A DNA stretch of 64,000 nucleotides, from the NCBI GenBank assembly GCA_964291675.2, contig OZ219866.1, forward strand, positions 2,496,001 through 2,560,000. Reading direction: 5' to 3'. Each line of letters starts with the position of its first letter. The stretch's first letter is position 1. This stretch comes from Alphaproteobacteria bacterium. GTDB taxonomy: Bacteria; Pseudomonadota; Alphaproteobacteria; MPNO01. This document shows, piece after piece, positions 59,524 through 64,000 of the stretch. The notes below the pieces were generated by a model, which saw only the letters and a list, made by a program, of their open reading frames with translations, had not been told where the DNA came from and ran no database searches. The position numbers were made by a program, and so were the translations under genes.

Positions 59524-60276
59524 ATGTATGACGGCGAATCGACTTCGTTGGATGGCCCCAAGGGTCTGCGGCACTGGTTGGCCCGACAGCGCGGATGCGT
59601 CGCGCGGGATTTCTGGCGCGCGCGCTGCGCTTCGGTCGCGATCGAGTCGGCCGCGGTGGTTTCGGTGCTGGTCGTCGTGGCCGGCGGGTTGATGGAAGTT
59701 TTCAGCTCAGTCTACATGAACGAGACCATGAACCGCGCGGCCCGCGCCGCGGCCCGCGCGATCGCCCTGTCGCCGAGCGTGCAGAACGACGCCGCGGCGG
59801 TCCAGACCCTTGCCTGCGAGGCGATCAGGCGCGAGCTCGACCTTCCCGGGGATTTGGACTGCAGCACCGCCTGGACGATGACCGTGGACACCGGGCTCAC
59901 CACCGACGATCTGCTGAACGGGGCAAGCCCCGATAGCCGGAACGGCGACATGGTGCGGATCCACATCGCGTGGCACCGACAACCCTGGAGCTTCGACGCC
60001 GATCCCTCCGTATCCGATCCCTCCGTATCGGATTCCTCCGGAACCGATTCCTCCGGCACCGACTCCGCCGGGGCCGGCGCCTCCGGGGGCGATACCTTCG
60101 GACACTCGGGCCCCGATGGCGGGCCTCTCGAAACCCAGCCCATCGCGGTCATGCCCGAGCCACTCGATCCACCCGATGGTCCGCCCGTCCAACCCGCGCC
60201 GGTCGTGCCCGATTCAAAAACGCTCCGGATTTCGGTCGCCGTGGCGCGCAGCGAACCCGACCAGCTCACGCCGTGA
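59524..60276 (+). CDS. tadE: TadE-like pseudopilin with a low-complexity insertion
   Basis: DFWRARCASVAIESA, hydrophobic helix, RAARAAAR; start uncertain. Confidence 0.75.
   Translation: MYDGESTSLDGPKGLRHWLARQRGCVARDFWRARCASVAIESAAVVSVLVVVAGGLMEVFSSVYMNETMNRAARAAARAIALSPSVQNDAAAVQTLACEAIRRELDLPGDLDCSTAWTMTVDTGLTTDDLLNGASPDSRNGDMVRIHIAWHRQPWSFDADPSVSDPSVSDSSGTDSSGTDSAGAGASGGDTFGHSGPDGGPLETQPIAVMPEPLDPPDGPPVQPAPVVPDSKTLRISVAVARSEPDQLTP
60001..60090 (+). repeat. Degenerate 15-bp tandem repeat (DPSVS/DSSGT) inside tadE
   Basis: GATCCCTCCGTATCC GATCCCTCCGTATCG GATTCCTCCGGAACC GATTCCTCCGGCACC GACTCCGCCGGGGCC. Confidence 0.75.
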
Positions 60277-60292
60277 GCCGGGGCTGAACGTC

Positions 60293-60901
60293 ATGATCGC
60301 CGCTTCGACCCTTGCCCGAATCCGCCGTTTCGCGCGCCGCACCGACGGTGCCGCCGGGATCGAGCTCGGTTTCGGCGCCGCGGCGCTGCTGACGGTCTCC
60401 ATGCTGTGCTTCGATCTGTACTCGGTGGTCAGCGTGGATACCGGGGGCGCGCGCAGCGCGGTCACCCTGGCGGAGTTCGTGTCGCGGGAAACCGCGCCCC
60501 GGAAAGACGTTCTCTCCTCGCTCGGCGGGTTCCTCCACCGCGGCGAGTTCGGCGCTCCGACCAACGTGGCCTACGCGATTTCCGCCATCCAGCGTCCGAC
60601 CGGCGAGGATCGGGCCGTCGTGCTCTGGACCGAGGACACGATCCGGTTCGGCGACGACAGCGCGACCGCGGAGCTCGCGAACAAGTGCGCCGAGCGCGCA
60701 CGCCAGGGCTGGCAGGCCATCCTGCTCGGCCCGCCCGGGACATCCGGCATGATCGAGGGCGAGGTGGTCGTGGTCGCCGAAGTCTGCGCGCGGCCTTCGC
60801 AGCAGGGGCTGATCTCCAACGTTCTGTTCGTCGGAGACAGCTACCACCTGCACATCCTGCCCGCCCGCGATCAGGACCACCCGCCGGCGAGTCCCGTATG
60901 A
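60293..60901 (+). CDS. TadE/TadF-like pseudopilin
   Basis: RRFARRTDG|AAGIE plus hydrophobic helix; C-terminal VVVAEV. Confidence 0.75.
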   Translation: MIAASTLARIRRFARRTDGAAGIELGFGAAALLTVSMLCFDLYSVVSVDTGGARSAVTLAEFVSRETAPRKDVLSSLGGFLHRGEFGAPTNVAYAISAIQRPTGEDRAVVLWTEDTIRFGDDSATAELANKCAERARQGWQAILLGPPGTSGMIEGEVVVVAEVCARPSQQGLISNVLFVGDSYHLHILPARDQDHPPASPV

Positions 60902-61064
60902 GCGCGCGGCCGATCATCGAGGAGAGCTGGGAAACAGCCGATCGGCCATCGACCGAAACCAGGCAAAGGAGGTTGAGAGACGAAGGAAATCCGAAACCGA
61001 ACCACCAACTTTCTCGCCGGCGCGAAACGCCGGCAAACGCTCAATCCAGAGAGGACATGAAACG

Positions 61065-61295
61065 ATGATTGAACGTCAAATCCGGAACTTCCGTCACTTC
61101 CTGCGGGCCAGCGAAGCCGTCTCCGCGCTGGAGTACGCGCTGCTCGTGGGCATCATCACCGTCGCCATCGGAGCGGCCGTCGCCCAGTTCGGCACCGACA
61201 TCCAGAACACCATCGAGGGTATGGGCGACGACGTGGTGACGCGCGGCAACCTGGTCGGGCAGAGCACCGCGCCGGCCACCCCCGCCACCCCGTAG
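61065..61295 (+). CDS. flp: Flp family type IV pilin
   Basis: FLRASEA|VSALEYALLVGII Flp motif; GAGG RBS. Confidence 0.9.
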   Translation: MIERQIRNFRHFLRASEAVSALEYALLVGIITVAIGAAVAQFGTDIQNTIEGMGDDVVTRGNLVGQSTAPATPATP

Positions 61296-61586
61296 CGTGC
61301 GGCCGGGGGCACGCCGGTCGCGTCGCCTTGGCGCTGCGACCGGCGCGCCAACGCCGGGAAAGCGGTCGGATATGCCAACCCCGCAGCCGCTTTCCCGGTT
61401 CGCCGTTCCCGCCACCGGTCGGATCGCGGACATCGATCCGCCCTCGGGGACAGACCGGAACAGCCCCGCTCGGTACCCGACCGGCGGGTCGAGGATATCG
61501 GCTCCCGGCGGTGAGTTCCACGGCGGCGGTCGTTCCTCAACCCCTCTTTGCACACAGGCCCGACATTGCCTTCCGAAAGCGTGGCC

Positions 61587-63392
61587 ATGAACCTCGACCC
61601 CTCGCGCGATAGCGATTTTCCACCGCCCACGCCCGCCCGGCCGGAGCGGGCGGTCGGTGCCGGCCGGGAAACCCTCCCGGCGCAGAACCTCACCGCGGGC
61701 GCGGCGATCCCCGATCGCGGGGCGGAGCCCGGGAACCCTGCTCCGGGTCTGGATCCCCTCGTCGCGTTCAGGGGCACGCCGGCCGCGCCGGGTACGCCGT
61801 TCAACGGGTTCGCGGCCGATTCCGGGCACCCTCCGGCGCAGCAAACCCTGCCCGGGGCCGCGATCTCCAGCGGCGTGGCGGCGGCGTCCCCGGCTCTCGA
61901 TCCCGCGTCCCTGCTGGGCAACGGAGCGCCGGTGCCGGGCACCCCGTTCACCGGGTTCGCGCCCGATACCGGACACGCGCCTCCGGCGGGCCCCGGCGAC
62001 GATCGGCCGGCTCTCGATCCCCGGCTTTTGTTCGCGAACGCACCGCCGGCGCCCGAGACCCCGGTCGACGGGTTCACCGCCGACTTCGAAGACGCGCTGG
62101 TCGAGGGCCTCTCCGAAGACGCCGCGACCTCGTCCCACGATGTCGCGCTGTTCGATCCCGCGGCGTTGAGCGCGGGCGCGGAATCCGGCGCGGCAGCGAC
62201 CGTTCCCCGACAAGACGCCGACCCCGGACGCGCGAAGCCCGGCGGCCGGGTCGCCGCGCTCGCCTTCGCCACCGATCAGCAAACCGAGAACGCCCTTCGG
62301 CAGGGCTTGCTGAATTTCAAGAAGCCGTCGCCGCAATACGACGATCCCGAGGTCTGGAGCGGCGGACTCCGGGCCGCCGTCTCCGCTCTGGCCGACGGGT
62401 ACTTCGCGCATCTCGTGATCGTCGACGTCGACGGAATCCCGTACCCGGCCGGCGCGATCCACGAATTGGCGGAAGTCTGCGACATGGGCACGACCGTGAT
62501 CGCGATCGGCTCCGACAATACCGCCAGGAGCAGCCGCGAGCTGCTGCTCGCCGGTGTCAGCGACTACCTGGTCAAGCCGATCACCGCGGCGGCCGTTCAG
62601 GAGTCGGTCGCGCGCGCCGCACGGTCCGACCCGATCGGGTCGGTGACGGGGAAGGTGGTCGGGTTCGCCGGCACCGGCGGCAGCGGAGCGACCACGCTGG
62701 TTGCCGCCGCCGCCCTGGAGGCGTCGGCGCGCGGTCGCTTCGTGTCGGTGGTCGACCTCAGCCGGACGGTGCCCACCTCGGCAATCCTGCTCGACGTCGA
62801 TCCGTCGGCCGGGCTCGATCAGCTCCTGGACGTCGCGGTGGGAGCGATCCCCGACCCGCAGATGCTGGATGGCGTGCGCACCCAGCGCTCGGAGCGCATT
62901 TCGGTCTACGCCTATCGCTGGAACGTCGAGCCGCTGGCCGTTCCCTCGCTTCAGGCGGTGGAGTGGCTGCTCGACGAGTTGAGACAGCGCTCCCAGCTCG
63001 TGCTGGTCGACGGGCTGGACGATCCGGATATGCGTTTCGCGGTCCTCGAACAGACCGACATACGCGTTGTCGTCGCCGAACCGACGGTCAGGGATGTCCT
63101 GCGCGCGGCGCGGATCGTCGATCTGCTCGGCGGTCGAGAGCCGACATTGCGGGTGCGGAACCACACAAGGGAGTTCAAACGCGGCTCGGGATCCGGGCCG
63201 CTCGTCGGGGCGGGAACGCAGCTCCCCGCGGATGTCGAAATTCCCTTCGAGCCGTCCTTGCCGGCGATCGCCGACCGCGGCTGGCCGGACGGCCGGATGC
63301 CGCGCCAGCTCCGCAAACCCCTTGCCGGGCTGATCGACCGGTTGCTTACGGATGCGGCCAGCGACCCGGCCGCCCTGTCCCGGGGAGGCTGA
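61587..63392 (+). CDS. cpaE: CpaE/TadZ-like protein 2 with a long Pro-rich repeat N-terminus
   Basis: LVIVDVDG, GVSDYLVKP, GTGGSGATT, LVLVD, IPFEP. Confidence 0.82.
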   Translation: MNLDPSRDSDFPPPTPARPERAVGAGRETLPAQNLTAGAAIPDRGAEPGNPAPGLDPLVAFRGTPAAPGTPFNGFAADSGHPPAQQTLPGAAISSGVAAASPALDPASLLGNGAPVPGTPFTGFAPDTGHAPPAGPGDDRPALDPRLLFANAPPAPETPVDGFTADFEDALVEGLSEDAATSSHDVALFDPAALSAGAESGAAATVPRQDADPGRAKPGGRVAALAFATDQQTENALRQGLLNFKKPSPQYDDPEVWSGGLRAAVSALADGYFAHLVIVDVDGIPYPAGAIHELAEVCDMGTTVIAIGSDNTARSSRELLLAGVSDYLVKPITAAAVQESVARAARSDPIGSVTGKVVGFAGTGGSGATTLVAAAALEASARGRFVSVVDLSRTVPTSAILLDVDPSAGLDQLLDVAVGAIPDPQMLDGVRTQRSERISVYAYRWNVEPLAVPSLQAVEWLLDELRQRSQLVLVDGLDDPDMRFAVLEQTDIRVVVAEPTVRDVLRAARIVDLLGGREPTLRVRNHTREFKRGSGSGPLVGAGTQLPADVEIPFEPSLPAIADRGWPDGRMPRQLRKPLAGLIDRLLTDAASDPAALSRGG

Positions 63393-63394
63393 TC

Positions 63395-64000
63395 GTGGCC
63401 GCGCGAGCCTTCGGGCGGCGAACCCGCCCCCTCGAACCCGCCGCACCGTCCGCCCCGGCCGGCGCTCCCGATCCCGCGCCGCACGCCCAGGCGCAGCGCG
63501 AGCCCGTCATCCGCCCGCGCTCCCAGGCCGATGCGGCGGTTGGCGAGATCGTCGCCAGGATTCACCCGATCATCGTCACGGCGCTGGACATGACGAAGAT
63601 CGCCGGGCTCAACAACGAGCAGCTCGCCGGCCAGCTCCTGGCCTTCCTCGACACCCCCGAGGCCGGCGTGCCGGATCTCGGCCCGCTGGACCGGCAGCGG
63701 GTGGTCACCGAGCTGGTGCACGACATCAAGGGTCTGGGACCGATCGAGCCGCTTCTGGTCGATCCCACGGTATCCGACATCCTGATCAACGGGATGGATT
63801 CGACCTATGTCGAGCGGCGCGGCAAGCTGGAACGGGTCGAGCTGCGGTTCCGCGACCGCCAGCATCTGCTGCACATAGCGCAGCGCATCGCCGGCCAGGT
63901 GGGACGTCGGGTCGACGAATCGAGCCCGATGGTCGATGCCAGGCTCGCCGACGGGTCCCGCGTCAACATCATCATCCCGCCGCTGGCGCTCGACGGCGCG
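63395..64000 (+). CDS. cpaF: CpaF/TadA pilus ATPase, 5' part (runs off the window)
   Basis: GGAGG plus GTG start; AFGRR, GLGPIEPLLVDPTVSDILING, GRRVDESSPMVDARLADGSRVN. Confidence 0.93.
   Translation, partial: MAARAFGRRTRPLEPAAPSAPAGAPDPAPHAQAQREPVIRPRSQADAAVGEIVARIHPIIVTALDMTKIAGLNNEQLAGQLLAFLDTPEAGVPDLGPLDRQRVVTELVHDIKGLGPIEPLLVDPTVSDILINGMDSTYVERRGKLERVELRFRDRQHLLHIAQRIAGQVGRRVDESSPMVDARLADGSRVNIIIPPLALDGA

Noticed and set aside
60001-60090. CRISPR array
   Set aside because: 15-bp in-frame coding repeats without spacers; no cas genes in the window
60902-61064. Riboswitch or CtrA boxes upstream of flp
   Set aside because: Only a simple GCCGGCG-CGAAA-CGCCGGC hairpin; no TTAA-N7-TTAA and no recognisable riboswitch consensus

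Overview
GC-rich bacterial chromosome segment, most likely Alphaproteobacteria (inferred from gene content and a typical palindromic repeat). It holds no rRNA, tRNA or CRISPR array that I can support. Layout: (1) 0-6 kb, a GntR-controlled unit (divergent PanB homologue, GntR, DUF6166-like protein, TRAP transporter, PhyH-type dioxygenase) tied together by three TGATATATCA-like operators. (2) 6.3-14.4 kb, a minus-strand operon (beta-propeller, APH-type kinase, enolase with a remodelled active site, 2-hydroxyacid dehydrogenase, LLM oxidoreductase, AhpD-like protein with an in-frame UGA in a CxxU motif) plus a divergent FAD monooxygenase. (3) 14.4-18.6 kb, an island with an AT-richer secreted-protein gene split by a complete IS256, followed by an IS481. 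(4) 18.8-47.5 kb, three Liv-type ABC modules, a second TRAP system, DUF1989/isochorismatase/opine-dehydrogenase/VOC genes and acyl-CoA ligases. (5) 47.6-51.4 kb, two full LysR regulators and two HTH-only LysRs. (6) 51.4-64 kb, an atypical Tad/Flp pilus locus with tandem TadG genes, a TadD-secretin fusion, two CpaE/TadZ genes, Flp and a partial CpaF. Three genes have single-base frameshifts in homopolymer runs, which may be assembly errors. All calls come from motif reading by eye; no database search was run.
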